This document shows positions 1 through 14,519 of a stretch of DNA of 64,000 nt, one piece after another. Source of the stretch: Lama glama (taxonomy: Eukaryota); contig CM052817.1 in NCBI GenBank assembly GCA_028534125.1, forward strand, positions 55,740,001-55,804,000, read 5' to 3'. The number at the start of each line of letters is the position of its first letter. The stretch's first letter is position 1. The notes under the pieces were generated by a model. The model was not told where the DNA came from, ran no database searches, and saw nothing but the letters and a program-made list of their open reading frames with translations. The translations under genes and the position numbers were made by a program.

Positions 1-34
1 CCTATTATGTTGCCAGGAATAATGGCTAACTTAT

Positions 35-222
35 ATAAAGTTCTTATTTAGTGCTAACCTATGTTGTAAGCCAGACATGTCAGTAATATCAACAGCTGTA
101 TGGTATGGTTACTATGGGTCAAAGGGTTATTAAACAGTTTATAAATTTTCAGAGTTGATAAGTGGCAGAACCAGTTCTTAACTAGGAAGTTGACCTCAAC
201 CATGTATCAAATCACTATGCTA
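35..222 (-). mobile_element. MIR SINE, degraded
   Basis: 'aagtggcagaaccagttcttaactaggaagttgacctc...aatcactatgcta' resembles the reverse complement of the MIR tRNA-derived head (recalled consensus). Confidence 0.55.
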
Positions 223-1035
223 TGTGACCATATGCTTTACTTTTATATAGATATTGATCTATTTCTGAAATCACATCTACATTCAATTTTTACTGTTAGT
301 TCATTTTTCCTATAATGATTTTAGTACCCTATAGTTTTTAATCTTTTACTTTATATTTATCATTTATGATGGCTTCATCCACTTTTGATGATGGTATTGT
401 TCTCTTCGTGATGTTTTAGAGATTCTTCCATTGTGGTCTGGCATTTAATATTACAAAAGATATGGATGTATGTTTCTATTTTTAACTTTGTTTTTATTTC
501 TTAGTTTTGTTGTTTCCATGTTTTCTTTTCCATGTTTCCTCTAGCTTATTGGTGTTTTCTATTTTATGTTTTAGTCAAACTATTATTTCATGGATTCTAA
601 ATTTATTTTTTCTAAAATTTAAATTCTCTTGGAGAGAATTTGTAATTTAATATACAACATTGTGTATTCAACAGGATTGTATTTAAGAGTAACTGATTTT
701 ATATTGTGAAGAAGCCTAGAACTTGAGAGTAATAAAATAAACCATATTAACTTTTAAAGTAAGTGAATCTGAATAACTGAGTCTTCATGTTAGAGTCCTC
801 ATAACAGTCCTTATTAAAAAACAAAGTACAGTCATTAGGACTACACTAAAAGTTATCTTTGTTCAGTTTATTAATCTAAATAACTGACATGGAAATGAAA
901 ACTGGACAAAAAGGTACTACAAACTTTCTATGATACTGACATCAATTGTCCATCAAAAAATACTTTCTGAATCCAGATACTCATTTTGGTTTTTTACCAA
1001 TTACTTTTTTTTAATATATGGAGGATATTATCTTA

Positions 1036-1170
1036 TATTTATTCATTGATTCATTTATTGATTCATTCTTTCAACAATTATTAAAAGCTTACAGTAAGCC
1101 TGACACAGTAGTAGGTAATAGGGCTGCAGCAGGACTAAAGACAAAGCCCCCTGCCTTCATAGAATGTATT
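1036..1170 (-). mobile_element. L2 LINE 3' end fragment
   Basis: (TTCA)n-like tail followed by 'caacaattatt...cctgacacagtagtaggt...ccctgccttcatagaa', the typical antisense L2 3' terminus. Confidence 0.7.
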
Positions 1171-1892
1171 TCATGATGTTTGATTATTTTCCATGTGTCA
1201 GAAGTTCCCTTAGGTAACTGGTTTATAATCTATTCAAATAATCTCTTAAAATACCCACAAATTCTCCACTTTACATATATTTATTCAACTTTATTATCAA
1301 AAACAAATATCTTTAATTATTCCAGCATTCTATTTTTAACATGCATAAACTTCCTCTGGACTAGATGAAGTGTAAAAATATTTTTTATTTATGTAAGGAT
1401 GATGTAATGTCTAACAGTATTGAAATACTCTATAGAGATTAACTCACATTACGTATAAAACCAAAGAATGCCCACTACAAAATCATTGTGAAAGTTGTGT
1501 TAGGAGGTCACTTCTATATGATATATATATAAAATCTCCAGCATTTCAATTGGTAAAGTATAGTGCCTCATAATGTCATGTAATGGCAGGAATAAAGACA
1601 CAATGTAAACATCTGAACTTACTACTCAAGTAAATTATTCCAGCTTTTTTTCATTTGTTTTAGCAATTTAATCAATAGTTTAAAAACACAACACTCATTC
1701 CAAAACCACAGTGTGCTGTCAAGTAATTTCATTATCACCATCCCCAAATCAAATAAACTAAGTCATTGTAAAAAGAAAAAAAAAGTTATTCACACTATAA
1801 GAATATATTTTTTAAATGATTTAAATGCCAAAGGAATTGTAAAAACAAATACAATTAGAAATTCGACAAAATGTTTTAAGTCAAATATGTTA

Positions 1893-2107
1893 ACGTTTGA
1901 CCTTGAGCAACATGGCTTTGAACTGCATGGGTCCATTTATACAAATTTTTTCAGTAAATATGTACTGCTGTACTACATGATCCACAGTTGGTTAAATCTG
2001 TAGATGTGGAACCATGGATACTGAGGGCAGACTGTAAAGTTATACATGGATTTTCAACTATATGGGGATCAGCACCCCTAAACCCCATGTTGTTCAAGGA
2101 TCAATTT
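1893..2107 (+). mobile_element. Tigger2a-like MITE (TcMar-Tigger)
   Basis: Degenerate TIRs 'tgaccttgagcaac' / 'gttgttcaaggatca'; internal 'tttgaactgcatgggtccatttatac' matches the recalled Tigger2a start. Related copies at 36783 and 39736. Confidence 0.8.
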
Positions 2108-2339
2108 TGTTTTTCAGAAAGACATTTTATTTTTAGGCCAGAGTATTTGATAAAAATACCAATGACATTATTCTCTGGCTTAAAGAGGAAAGTAATAAAT
2201 AAAAAATTAAATTTAGACAAGGACATACACATAGAGCTACGAGAAGTTTTCCCTGGAGAGGCTACCTTTATTAATCTTTCTTGGTTCTGTAGAATTTTTG
2301 CATTCTTGAAACAATATTTTTGTTGTGTAAAGAAATTTA

Positions 2340-3135
2340 ATCATATTGGAAAGTATGAAAATTATTTGCAGAAAATCAGTAATTCATAATTGTAAACATG
2401 TAAAAATATATAAATGGAAATTTCTTAAACATGATAAAGCATTGATGGAAATGCAACAGGAAATTTATTCTAATATAGGGAAAATTAAAATTTCATTTAA
2501 GGTCAAAAATATACATAAATGTCTATTACCATTATTATTTCTTTTAAATGTCTCCAAGAAACAAGTAGAAAAAATATGTTGTTTCATGACATTTGACTTT
2601 TGAAAAATTGAAGAAATTCTAGATAAAAAATGGCAATTATTAAGATAATCTGGTAAGATGGCTGAACAAAAGATAAATATACAAAATGCCAGTAGATTTT
2701 TTTTTTTGATTGTTACAGTAAGCCTCTGGACAATGTTTCGTTAAATCATAACACTTAAATGTCCAGGAAAAATTCATAAAATTATGAATTATATATCAAA
2801 AACTGAAATATTAATAGGGACAACTCAAAACAGCTGCATTACATACATAAATGGTAATATATAATGTATAAGCAATTTTCAAAAATGTGGCTTAAAATAT
2901 GCATGCAGTTTGATCAAAGTAAGCAAATAAGTGGGTGTGTTTCTATGTTGTATGAATTTCTGTATAAATATGTATCAGTACACAGAAGGATACAGTACTA
3001 TATTGTAGGATACAAAGAAGGCTAGCCAAACTGACAACCTCATATTGTGGGAGGCAGGTAGTGATGAAGAAAATTATAGCTTTGCCTTTGTTTTTAAAAA
3101 TTTTTACTTGCTTTAACAAGCATGTTTAACTGGTT
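2340..3135 (+). mobile_element. Old L1 (L1ME-like) ORF2/3' UTR remnant
   Basis: A-rich decayed L1-like text ('ggtaagatggctgaacaaaagataaatatacaaaatg', 'acaagcatgtttaact'); interrupted by the younger L1 at 3135. Confidence 0.45.
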
Positions 3136-4790
3136 TTTTTTGTTGTTGTTATTGTTAATTGAAGTACCATCAGTTACAGTGTGTCAATTTTTGGTGTACA
3201 GCATAATGTCCCAGTCATGTATATCCATACATATATTCATTTTCATATTCTTTTCACTAAAGGTTATTACAAGATATTGAATATAGTTCCCTGTGCTATA
3301 CAGAAGAAATCTTTTTTTAAAAATCTATTTTTATATATAGTGGTTATCATTTGCAAATTTCAAACTCCCAAATTTATCCCTTCCCACCCCCTTTCCCTTG
3401 CTAACCATAAAATTACTTACTATGTCTGCAAGTCTGTTTCATAGACTAGTTCATTAGTGTCTTTTTTTTTCTTAGATTCCACATATGAGTGATATCATAT
3501 GACATTTTTCTTTCTCTTTCTGGCTTATTTCACTTAGTATGATGATCTCCAGGTCCACCCATGTTGCTGCAAATGGTGTTATTTTATTTTTTATGGCAGA
3601 GTAGTAGTCCATTGTATAAATAAATATACCACATCTTTATCCAGTCATCTGTCGATGGACATTTAGGTTATTTTCATGTCTTGGTTATTGTAAATAGTGC
3701 TGCTATGAAAATTGGGGTGCATGTATCCTTTTGAATTAGAGTTCCCTCTGGACATATGCCCAGGAATAGGATTACTGGATCATATGGTAAATCTATTTTT
3801 AGTTTTCTGAGGAATCTCCATACTCTTTTCCATAATGGCTGCACCAAACTACATTCCCACCAGCAGTATGGGAGGGTTCCCTTTTCTCCACACCCTCTCC
3901 GGCATTTGTTTGTGGACTTTTGAAAGATGGCCATTCCGAGTGATGTGAGGTGGTACTTCATTGTAGTTTTGATTTGCATTTCTCTGATAATTAGTGATAT
4001 TGATCATTTTTTCATGTGCTTATTGGCCATTTGTATGTCTTCATTGGAGAATTGCTTGTTTAGGTCTTCTGCCCATTTTTGGATTGGGTTGTTTGCTTTT
4101 TTTTTTTTTTTGCTATTAAGTTGTATGAGCTGTTTATATATTCTAGAAATTAAACCTTTGTCAGTTGGATCATTTGCAAATTTTTTCTCCCATTCCATAG
4201 GTTATCTTTTTGTTTTTTTTATGGTTTCCTTTGCTGTGCAAAAGCTTAAGTTTAATTAGATCCCATCTGTTTATTTTTGCTTTTACTTTCTATTGCTTGG
4301 GTAGATTGCCCTAGGAGAACACTGCTAAGATTTATGTCAGATAATGTTTTGCCTATGTTTTCTTCTAAGAGGATTATATAGTCTTGTCTTGTGTTTAGGT
4401 CTTTAAGCCATTTTGAGGGTTTTTTTTTTTTTGTATGGTGTAAGGGAGTGTTCTAACTTCATTAATTCACATGCAGCTGTCCAGTTTTCTCACAACCACT
4501 TGCTGAAGAGACTATATTTTCTCCATTGTATATTCTTGCCTCCTTTGTTGAGGATTACTTGACTGTGGGTCTGTGGGTTTATTTCTGGGCTCTCTATTCT
4601 ATTCCATTGATCCATACGTCTGTTTTTATGCCAATACCATGATGTCTTGATTACTGTAGCTCTGTAGTATTGTCTGACAGGGTTATTCCTCCAGCTTCAT
4701 TCTTTTTCTTCAGTATTGCTTTGGCAATTCTGAGTCTTTTATGATTCCATACAAATTTTTGGATTATTCTAGTTCTGTGAAAACTGTCAT
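3135..4790 (-). mobile_element. 5'-truncated lineage-specific LINE-1 (ORF2 C-terminus, 3' UTR, poly-A)
   Basis: Minus-strand ORFs 3674-3979 ([12 protein letters not shown]...[19 protein letters not shown]...FIAALFTI) and 4004-4198 (EWEKKFAN...[13 protein letters not shown]) are the L1 ORF2 C-terminal Cys-rich region, broken by frameshifts; T-rich tail near 3135-3150; 3' UTR matches copies at 8460 and 51395. Confidence 0.95.
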
Positions 4791-5319
4791 GAAAAGAATA
4801 GAAAAGTTTACTTACCTAAGGTAAAATTATTTTAGAATAATCTTGCTGCTGAGACTGTAAACAGGTATATCATAAAACACATTTAAAGGAAACTTGTAGT
4901 GACTTTGTAAAACATACATCCTAATGTTAAAAAAAAAATGCAGTGCTAACTAAAGAACATCTGTGATTTCCTCTAGTTACCCAGAGGAAATCACAGTTCC
5001 TGGTCATGAGAGGAAAGGAAACCTTGAGAGGAAAAGGACTTGCTTCTATTTCAAACTGATGAGTGGTATACACAGTGGGAAAAGGAGCAAATGCTTGCTG
5101 ATGATGAGGAGGCCAGAGAGGAAGTATTCTTTTTCCTATCTTTTTTTTCTTATTATTTCATAATTATGTTATGCTCTATATTTTCCAAGTTAAAATAGAA
5201 GAATATCTGCATAGCTATTCTGAGATGTCACTACCACTAGCTTAAAATCTGACCTCAATTTCAAATACATAAACAGTCATAATACAAGGAATAGTATGTT
5301 GTGCATCTATTTCTATACA

Positions 5320-5485
5320 CAGTCATCTACTTCTTAAAACAGTCTTGTAAGCTCTGTAGTTTCTAATACCCACTGCATAAAATGAGTAACAGGTATTGAG
5401 ATTGAATAACTCATTAAAGTACATACTTGGAAAATTACAAAACTAGGATTTGAAAATAGGTCTGTCAGCCTCAAAATTTGCTAAT
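5320..5485 (-). mobile_element. MIR SINE, degraded
   Basis: 'cccactgcataaaatgagtaacaggt...ctaggatttgaaaataggtctgtcagcctcaaaa' follows the antisense MIR core and head. Confidence 0.6.
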
Positions 5486-8213
5486 GTTTTAATGTCCTGA
5501 TTGTTTATTAAACACGTATTTGTTGAGAATATACAATAGTCACCACAGAACTAAGGCCCTGAATTTAGCAAACAGCAATTAAATTTTTCCACTTGTACCA
5601 GTTGTTCAACCAAACTATTACTGTTCAACCAAAAATGCCCTTCATTCCAGGGTTAAAATCAGCATTTCAAGATCTCGTAAACAAGCTTAACAGAGTGTAT
5701 TCACAATCCTTCTGGAACATTTTCACCACTAGTATGGTATCATAGCCAACTGAGCTTCCTGAAAGATACAGATTTAAAACAATCGCTGGATAACTCAGAA
5801 AGAAAACATAATATTTATAATAAATACATATTTCAAAAAAGGTTTCAGTGTTTAAAAGCATATGGTTTCCTTTTAAATGTGTAATATATACACTAAAAGA
5901 ATAAACAATCAGTAAATAGAAGTAGCATCTTTTATGTATTTACACTATTGTGTTGTAGATGATTACTTCATTAGTAGGGATTGTTTTCTTTATATATATC
6001 CTACTTACAATCGTCTGTGTTCAGTTTTATATCACTAATAAGAACTTTGTTTCCATATAAATGATTCACATTTCAAGTAAAGAAAAAAATCACTTTTTAA
6101 ACTTTAGATGAATTGTTTAAATGTTATTTCTTTCACAATTATCAGCATATCAAGATATGTGTAAATATATTTTTTCAAAACTACGTATTAAAGAATTTGA
6201 GGAAAATCTAAAGAATATATTAATATGATTCATATGAATATAATTCTATGCATTTTTTCTCCCCCCTCTTTCTAACAAAATCTTACTAGAAAAAAAATCA
6301 AATTTCAGATAAATTTTTGTACTGATAAAAAAATCAATCTACAAAATTCCCTGGAGATTTGAGGATAATATATAATTAAAAACTGAATGAGAATCACATG
6401 GTTTAAAAAAAATGACTCATACTTAAACAACAGTGTCAGGTAGATGATTTAAATGACTCCACATTGGTTTTGTCATAAGCTGTCAAATATTTCTGAATTA
6501 GTAAAAAAGAATTCAGTGAAACTGACAAAATATGATTACTGCAGAATAAAATTCCACATTGTTAACATACTCATAGAAAATTCATATTTTTAAAAAATAA
6601 AATATATTTTAAACTTTCCATTGAAATGAGTTAGTAATTTAAATTATTAATCTTAAATTATTGTCAAACATAATTATTTTAAGCTTAAATTAATTGAAAG
6701 TTTTGGTTGACTCTTTAAAAGATAAATGTGGACTGAACCACCTAGAACTTAAGTTTTCAAGTATACAAGTTTCCAGACTTCTCTTTGTAATATATTAAAA
6801 TATAAATTTCTAATTAGATTGACAAATTATTTTACTAACATAAAAATCAAGCTTAAAATGAACATCTTGTGCTTTATATCATGAATCTTTGGATTCCATT
6901 CACATACTTAAAGTGTGATAGTTGCCTTTTCTTTAATTACATAACATAGCCTTCATACTTTTTATATTAAAGTAATAATCTACATTTAGGAGACGAGTAA
7001 ACCAAAGTGGAAGAAAAAAGTGAATTTTGGTCTTAAACCTTAAAGAATAAATTCTGATTGATAGGAATATTAGATTGTTTGATACTTTTCACATTCCCTT
7101 TTTTATATTGGTTTTACTTTTCTCTTCTTTTATTTGGCAGAACTCACCTGAAAGAATTAAAGCACAACCATCTTTCCTAATCCTTTTTCTAAGAATATAT
7201 GCTTTAGAGTTTTCTTATCTTTTCAGTCCTTGAAAGTGTATATTGACATTAACTGCAATTTATAGATTTTCTGGACCTGAAATTCATAAACATCCAAGGG
7301 TATTTTTCCATTTATTTTGCATCCTCTTTAAGTGAACTGGATAACAAAACACAAGAATTCTCTTCATAACACAAACAACAATAGAAAAAGATGCAAATGC
7401 TAAAGCGAAAAAAAAAAAAAACACTTGGAACATAGATCCAATTGGGTCTACTTGTAAATACAGACGTTCCAGATGAGAGAGAAACATTGTTAACTATGCC
7501 ATAAAGAAGACATTTTGTATGAACTGGAAGATAATTGATTCTATGAAAAGGTTTACCGAGTTGGAAGACAGAAAATGCTTGGACATATTCTTTTAGAATT
7601 CCTGAAGTCTAAGGAAAAGAAAAATGAGACTGTCACCTGAGTTCTTAAAGCAATACTAAAATCTGACAAGTGAAACAAGAATAATAATAGCTTATTAAAA
7701 GAATAACAAACAATAGAAACGACTAGATTCAATTTGCTTCTGAAAATAAAGGAGAAAATTAAAGATTGATCAAGAAAGGGAAGCAAAAAGTACAATGTTT
7801 ATGGCAGTTAAGTTGTAATTTAATGTTAATCATGAAGCTATATAGTAACATAAAATAATAAGCCATTCATTTTGCAAAAAATATAATCAAAATATACAAG
7901 ATAAAATTAGTAGAAATACAATCATAACTTGCAAACATGTACTTATAAAAGAGTTAAAATATCTCACATTCAGAAGTGAACCAAATTAACAACAACAAAA
8001 AGACAGGTATAATTTAATTCTCCAATACTCTTGTCATTTTCTGTCACATTTATTTGGATATATATGGCAAAAAAAATCATGAACTCAAGTGTGTACTGGA
8101 AGGCAAAAAGAAAAGTCACTAAATATTGTAAAAAGTAAATATTTTACAAGCTATCTTGTCTGATTCCAAATGGAAATGTGACCTAGGTAGTGGTACAAAT
8201 TGTGAAATTAATA

Positions 8214-8423
8214 CAATTGGTGCTCCCTATCCACAAGTTCTGCAACCACAGATTGAACCAATGGTGGGTCATGCTACATCCACGGCTGGTTGGATCCCTG
8301 GTGGATTCCAGGGATGCAGAACCCATGGATGGTGCACTGACTGTGGGACTTGAGAATCCAGGGATTTTGGTATTTGTACAGGTTCTAGGATGGATCCCCC
8401 TGGAGGATATAGAGGGTCAACTC
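8214..8423. mobile_element. MER2/MER8-like Tigger MITE
   Basis: TIRs 'caattggtgctccctatcc' / 'ggatatagagggtcaactc' flanked by TA on both sides (8212-13, 8424-25); internal 'ttgagaatccagggattttggtat' typical of MER2. Confidence 0.8.
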
Positions 8424-8459
8424 TAATTCTGGATGTTTGGAGTAAGAAATGACACATCT

Positions 8460-8900
8460 ATATAGAGTAAAAATAATGCTATTTGCAGTTACATCGATGG
8501 ACCTGGAGATCATCATACTAAGTGAAGTAAGCCAGAAAGAGAAAGAAAAATGCCATATGATATCACTTATATGTAGAAACTGAAAAAAAAAAAAAAGGCC
8601 ACACACAAAAAAACTTATTTATAAAACAGAGAAAGACTCACAGACATAGAAATCAAACTTATGGTTATCAGGAGAAAGTGCATGGGGAGAGATAAATTGG
8701 GAGTTCCAGATTTGCAGATACTAACTGCTACATGTAAAATAAACAACAAGGTCCTACTGTATAGTACAGGGAACTATATTCAATACCTTGTAATGGCTTA
8801 TAATAAAAAAGGAATAAGGAAAGGAATATATATATATTTATAAATAAATCACCAGAAATTAACACAACATTGTAAATCAACTATACTTCAATTTAAAAAG
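8460..8900 (+). mobile_element. Lineage-specific LINE-1 3' end (end of ORF2 and 3' UTR)
   Basis: 'atggacctggagatcatcatactaagtgaagtaagccagaaagagaaag' and terminal 'ctatacttcaatttaaaaa'; close match to the reverse complement of 3155-3560. Confidence 0.9.
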
Positions 8901-11240
8901 AATGAGACAGAATTTACAAGAGTTAAAAAAAAAGAAGACAATTGGAAATAGTTAAAATTTTTAACAAGAGATTACTATGTGTAACAGTGGCAAATTATTG
9001 AAAACTTAAAAAAAAATCATTTCTTAGTAAAATTTTAAGTACCTAAAATTGACCAAAGAACTTGTAGAAATTGCATCTAGCCCAATTACTATAAGAGATT
9101 TGAGGATTTTTAAAGAGTACCCAAACTAGAATATTATATTTGAGTTTCAGAGTATTTTTAAAGAGCAGATAATTTCAAATTTAAGTACCTAAGACCAAAG
9201 ACATAACAAAATTATCCAAATCATTCTAGTAAATGAACACAATTTTCATACTAAAATCTTGTATAGTATAAATGGCATTTTCCTAACTAAACAATGTTTC
9301 CACATAAAATACTAAGATGATCCAACAAAATCATAGGAACTAAGATATTGGATAAAGCCAACTTCATTCAAATTATGAAAAATAAATTTTTTAAAAATTG
9401 TCAGCATAATTCATTAAATTAACAACTTGAAGAAAAAATGATACTAACAAGACTATTATATAAACAAGCAGACATTTCTTTAGGTAGAAGGTATACTCCA
9501 TTTGTAAATAAATGGAGAAATAACAAAAGCTTTTCTTCCTAATCCAGCAAAAAGTGCCATTTACTGAAATTAGATAAGCTATTACGTGCTCCATAGGGAA
9601 AACTGGAAAATAAGTAATTCCAACAAATGAAATATGAAGCTGGATAAAGACACTTGTAAAACCTTACTAAATAACATGAGATGTATAATAGATATGCTTC
9701 CATTGTAATAGGAATATATAATATAAAAATCAATTTTCAAAATTGATGCAATATGAATTCATAATTTGAATTCATATGGAAATTTTTAACTTAAATTAAT
9801 CTAAAATCTTATATGAGGAAAAAATTTGACTGACTCTGATTTTATCCCTGTCATCTTCTATATTTAGCTTCAGAATTGTCAAAACAAGTTTAAAAAATAG
9901 TGAAAGACATGCCATAAAACAAACATGTTACAAAGCCATTATAAATTACAGTATTGTTATAGAAATTGATAAATAGATCAATGGCATAAATAATTTAGAA
10001 ATAGATCTCAGTATAAATGATGGATTAATTTTTTTAAATGGAAAAGGTAAACCTAAATTGAGAAAAGATAACCTGTATTTACTAAGTAACCTATTTAGTA
10101 AATAGTGACTGCACAAATAGCTATGTATCTGGAAGAAAATAAAATACAACTTCTATCTTTTATCATATGCACAAATATATTCCTGATGGTCTAAAATATG
10201 TATGTGAATATGCAGGGTAAATATACTGCAAGAAAAAGAAGGCACAGAGGAGACAATTTTAACCAAAACTAGTAACATAGATGCCTTATATGTATATATA
10301 TATGGTGCCTTATATTTTATATATCTGGTGTTTTATACTTTAGCATTAAATGCTATATGTTAGCCTTAAATGATCACTGAACTTACTCTGAAGTATAAGG
10401 CATAAATACCATCAAAAAACAATCAGTAGATTTTGATTAAAAAAAGCAATGCACAAAACTTTAAAGTATTTATTATATGGAGTGAGTTTTTAACAAAATC
10501 ATAAGAAAATATCTAATATAAATATCAGTATATATTTTTTAAAGATCAAATCAAGGTAACAAATCATATTTAAAACTGCCCACATTGCCAGTAGCTGGTG
10601 AAATGCATTGTACAAACAATTCATCATGTTAGACTGTAAGGCCAAAACAAACTCTAGTACCTACTACTGGCTTGAAGAGTGAACAAAAGCTTGTCATACA
10701 CTGCTGGTGAAAGCCGACTGGTAACTTCTCTAAATATACGGGTACTTGTACTCTGTAAACCCAGTAATTGCACTCCTTGAAAATCTATCCTCTAAGTATT
10801 AGGGGAAAAAAAAAAAAGACATGTATACAAGGATAGTTTTGTGTTTTTATGGTGTTAAAAACCTGTAATTTGAGTGAATGCCAGCAAAGGAAAATAGTGG
10901 ACCATATCATATCATGCCTGTCCATAGCAGAAAGTATTTTAGGCACAAAAATAAGTATACTATCATTGTACCTGTTGTTTTGCATGATTTTCAGAGATAT
11001 TGTTGAGTGGGGAGAAAACAAGATACAGAAAACAAAAAGCATTTAAGTTCATATGTGTGTATGTCTCTAAGTTATTTTAGTAAAAATACACAAGCATGAA
11101 AAAATATAGAAATATTTATAAAAAGTTGTTAACATTGATGACCAAGGGTGGACAGCTGTGTTTGGTTGTGTTGGAAGGAGAAAGGAGGTAGAAGGAATTC
11201 AAACAAAAAGGAAAAAACAAAATAACTGTCTTTCTAAAAA

Positions 11241-11291
11241 ATATGTATGTATATATACACATATATGTGCGTGTATACATATGCACATACG
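11241..11291. repeat. Imperfect alternating purine-pyrimidine (TA/CA/TG) microsatellite
   Basis: 'atatgtatgtatatatacacatatatgtgcgtgtatacatatgcacatacg' read directly. Confidence 0.6.
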
Positions 11292-14200
11292 TTATGACAC
11301 AAAATTATGGAAGTGTGCTTGTGTCTCATGAAATTATCAAATAAATATTGGGGGAAAGAGGCAAAATTTTAAAAAGTCTTAATTTGGATTTCAAGTTTAA
11401 ATATAATACAGTAATATTTCAGCTTTGCAAACATAATCTTTCTTTTGGCTTCATTCTTTCCTCATTTATTATGAAAATGCATTTAATTAGCTAATAGAAA
11501 ATCAGATGCCCATGCTCTCTCAGGATGGACAAGGTGATTTCAATTTCTATGTCGCCATACAGTCTATCTCCCTCATTTCTAAAAATTTTTATCTGTTACT
11601 TATAGGTTGATATATAATATTGCACATCTTGAAGATTTTTCCACAAAGGGACAGCCTACACTATGAAATAATTAGCTAATGCAGATCTGAAGGTTGTCCA
11701 ACAGAATTGCATAGATACAATATCTTCATTGGAATTAAAATGCTTACTACAGACATGTATAAATTTGTTTACAGTAAATAATGACTGCTTTCATGTGCTA
11801 ATAAAATTGTCAGATTTTAAAAAGTGTCTGGATTCAACCCAAAGCCAGTAATTATTTGATTTCATTTCTAATGAATATTTGGATTGGATTATTAATTAGG
11901 TTATTGCATTTCCTTTCTCTTTACCTTTATGATTGATACGTCAGTTCCTTTATTAATTCATTCATTTACTGAAATTGACTTAAATATTCTGAAATGCACC
12001 TTCATGCTCCTTCAGTTTATGAGTATAATAACTTGGTGACCTTGAACTACTCCACTTGTAAGACAAATTCAAATGCGCATAGATAAGATTCTGAGAAGCA
12101 AACTGAAGATTCTTTGAGATGTTTTATGAATATAAATCCGAATATATGATATGAAAAATAAGCTATAGTTAGATTTTATTATTTTTATTAAAATATTTTA
12201 GAATCTTGGATACTGCAGTTCTTTTCAGTAATGCTTTTAAAAATATAAATAACTTCAAAGTTATGTAAAAATAATACTGTGCCATTTAAATAAAGCAATG
12301 TTTAATTAATTGAAAAGAAGTGCAGGTATTTTTATAAACCCGGTGAACTAATCTCTCAAAATTTTGGTCAGTTATTGAGAACATTCAGTTTAGTTTATTT
12401 TCATGAACTTAAGATAGTTTCCTCTTTTATTTTCCCCAAATAGAATTTCTGAAACTATTTTTCTTTTACCTGAAATCTACTGTAGTAATTGCTTCAGCTT
12501 CTGAAACACTTAATCTTAGGTTATTTCTCTTTATATATTTGAAATACATATAACTTTGTACAATCTGTGGGATCTAATATGAATAGACCTGTATATAAAT
12601 TAACCACAAATAGTAATGGTTGAAGGAAAGAAGAGTTGGTCAGCAAAGTGGAAATAACTATCCTGCTACACAGTAATAACATTTTAACAGGGAAGGAAGT
12701 GATACACACAAAGCAAATCTTTGCATTTGATTTACTATAATTCAGTGTGGACACCAAGACCTGGGACTGATGGTGGGCCTGTCTATATCCATTTCTGGTT
12801 TATATTGTTGGAACATAGCTTAAGTAGAGCAGCCATCAGTACATGCATTAAGTAGATAGAATTTTAATTGTTAATAACTCTCTGTAATGAAACAAGTCTC
12901 TCCAGAGCAGTCGTAATAACTTTGTTTTCATCTGAGTTTTTTGGTTCTAAAGACAAAGTCTGAGGAAGAGTTTGTGGAGAAACTAGCTTTTTCCATCAGT
13001 TCCCAGGAATTAGGCAAAATTTGTACATGTCAAAAATATGTCCTCTCTCAGCCTAGAAGGTGAGAGAGATGGAACACTGACTGGTCTGCAAAATTCAGGG
13101 TTTTCCTCAAATGTAGATTTGTAGATACTGGAAAGTGGAGGCAGGTAACTTCAAGCTCCTTTACATAGTTCCCCCCCCCAAATGTCAGAAAACATCATTT
13201 TGCCTATACTAATAATTGGTGTTTGGTGGAGGGCTGAAGTGTCCTTCCCTGCAACCCCCTCACTTACATGGTACTGACATTGAGACCAGGCTGCAGTTCT
13301 CAAATATTCAGTCTTGAACACTCAACTCTATCAGGCTTTAAGAATTGATTCATGTTACTCAGAATTACATGATTCTGATTAAAAACTTAAAATGGAAGTG
13401 AACACATTTATGAAAAGATTTCATTAATTTTCAATATTTTAAATACGCACTTACATCCTATATCATAATCCTTTCTCAGTATTTAGGTACTCGGAAAATC
13501 AAAATTTTGTCAGAAGGTTGCTTAATGAGCAAGAAATCCAGAAAAAAGATATATGATGGTCTTGTAACTTCTTTCCCTGAACTGAGGCACATTTGATCAC
13601 CTCTTACTATTTTAAAAATAAATACAGTAAGTACTGTATGTACACAGCTTATTAGATAATTATCTTCCTGGTTCAGTGCTAGTTTATTGACACTATTTTG
13701 TCTACCTACTGAAAACACTTTTTAAAATGCAACAGGGGCAGCTCAACCTGGAAAGACTGATAGACTGTTTACTGGCAAGTTTAATTTTTTGTTACACTAC
13801 AGATGAGAAAGCTGTGATCAGTTATCTAAAAGTTAAGGAGCTGTACTTTCTTGGTTGATTCAAGTGACGTATACATATGTAAATTTACCACTATGTGCTT
13901 TATTCAAGTTAGAAAAATGTTTAAAGTATTACTCCTATTTGAATCCAAAGTGTTGTGTAAAAGTATAGGGTCTAAGATTGCTAAGGAAAAGGGCAGGTAA
14001 AGAAAAGTAAAAGTAAATCAGGTGTAGGCTCCTTGCCGTGTGCTTTATATGTGCTTTTACACGTATGATGGTACTCCACTGTCAAACTTTTTTTTTTCTT
14101 TGTGGTCACAGAAATCTTGCTAGGTCTTTGAATAGGCAAAGACACTACAGTTGAAAGAAATAAAATAATGTTATCACATTTTTGGAGATTATCTGTAAGT

Positions 14201-14519
14201 ACCATCCCTCCCACATGCATACATAAACACAAAGTTACTTTCACAAACATTGCTATTTCCTCACTGGTTTTGTAACTCATTTTTGACAGACTATACATTT
14301 TCATCAAAGGACCAAATCTTATTTTTTATGGTGAGACTATAAATATTTATGATTTGAGGATGTTATATATATTAGAATGATTATCATCAAAATACTGTTT
14401 GTATTACATTTAAGTAGTACATCTTTAATAAGTTCTGCTAATTTAATAGGTTCCCCAAAGTGAGAAGGGTAGGCTAAAGGGTTATGATATATTTTCACCT
14501 TACAGCACCAACATGTGTG

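Larger units (their letters stand above)
7400..11200 (+). mobile_element. Ancient, highly decayed L1 (L1M/L1ME-like), interrupted by younger inserts
   Basis: Very A-rich + strand with L1 ORF2-like segments such as 'aaatagatcaatggcataaataatttagaaatagatc' (~9971) and 'aacccagtaattgcactccttgaaaatctatcct' (~10758); no intact ORF. Confidence 0.6.

Noticed and set aside
3674..4198. ORFs with clear protein similarity
   Set aside because: They are frameshifted fragments of L1 ORF2 in a 5'-truncated copy, not a functional CDS.
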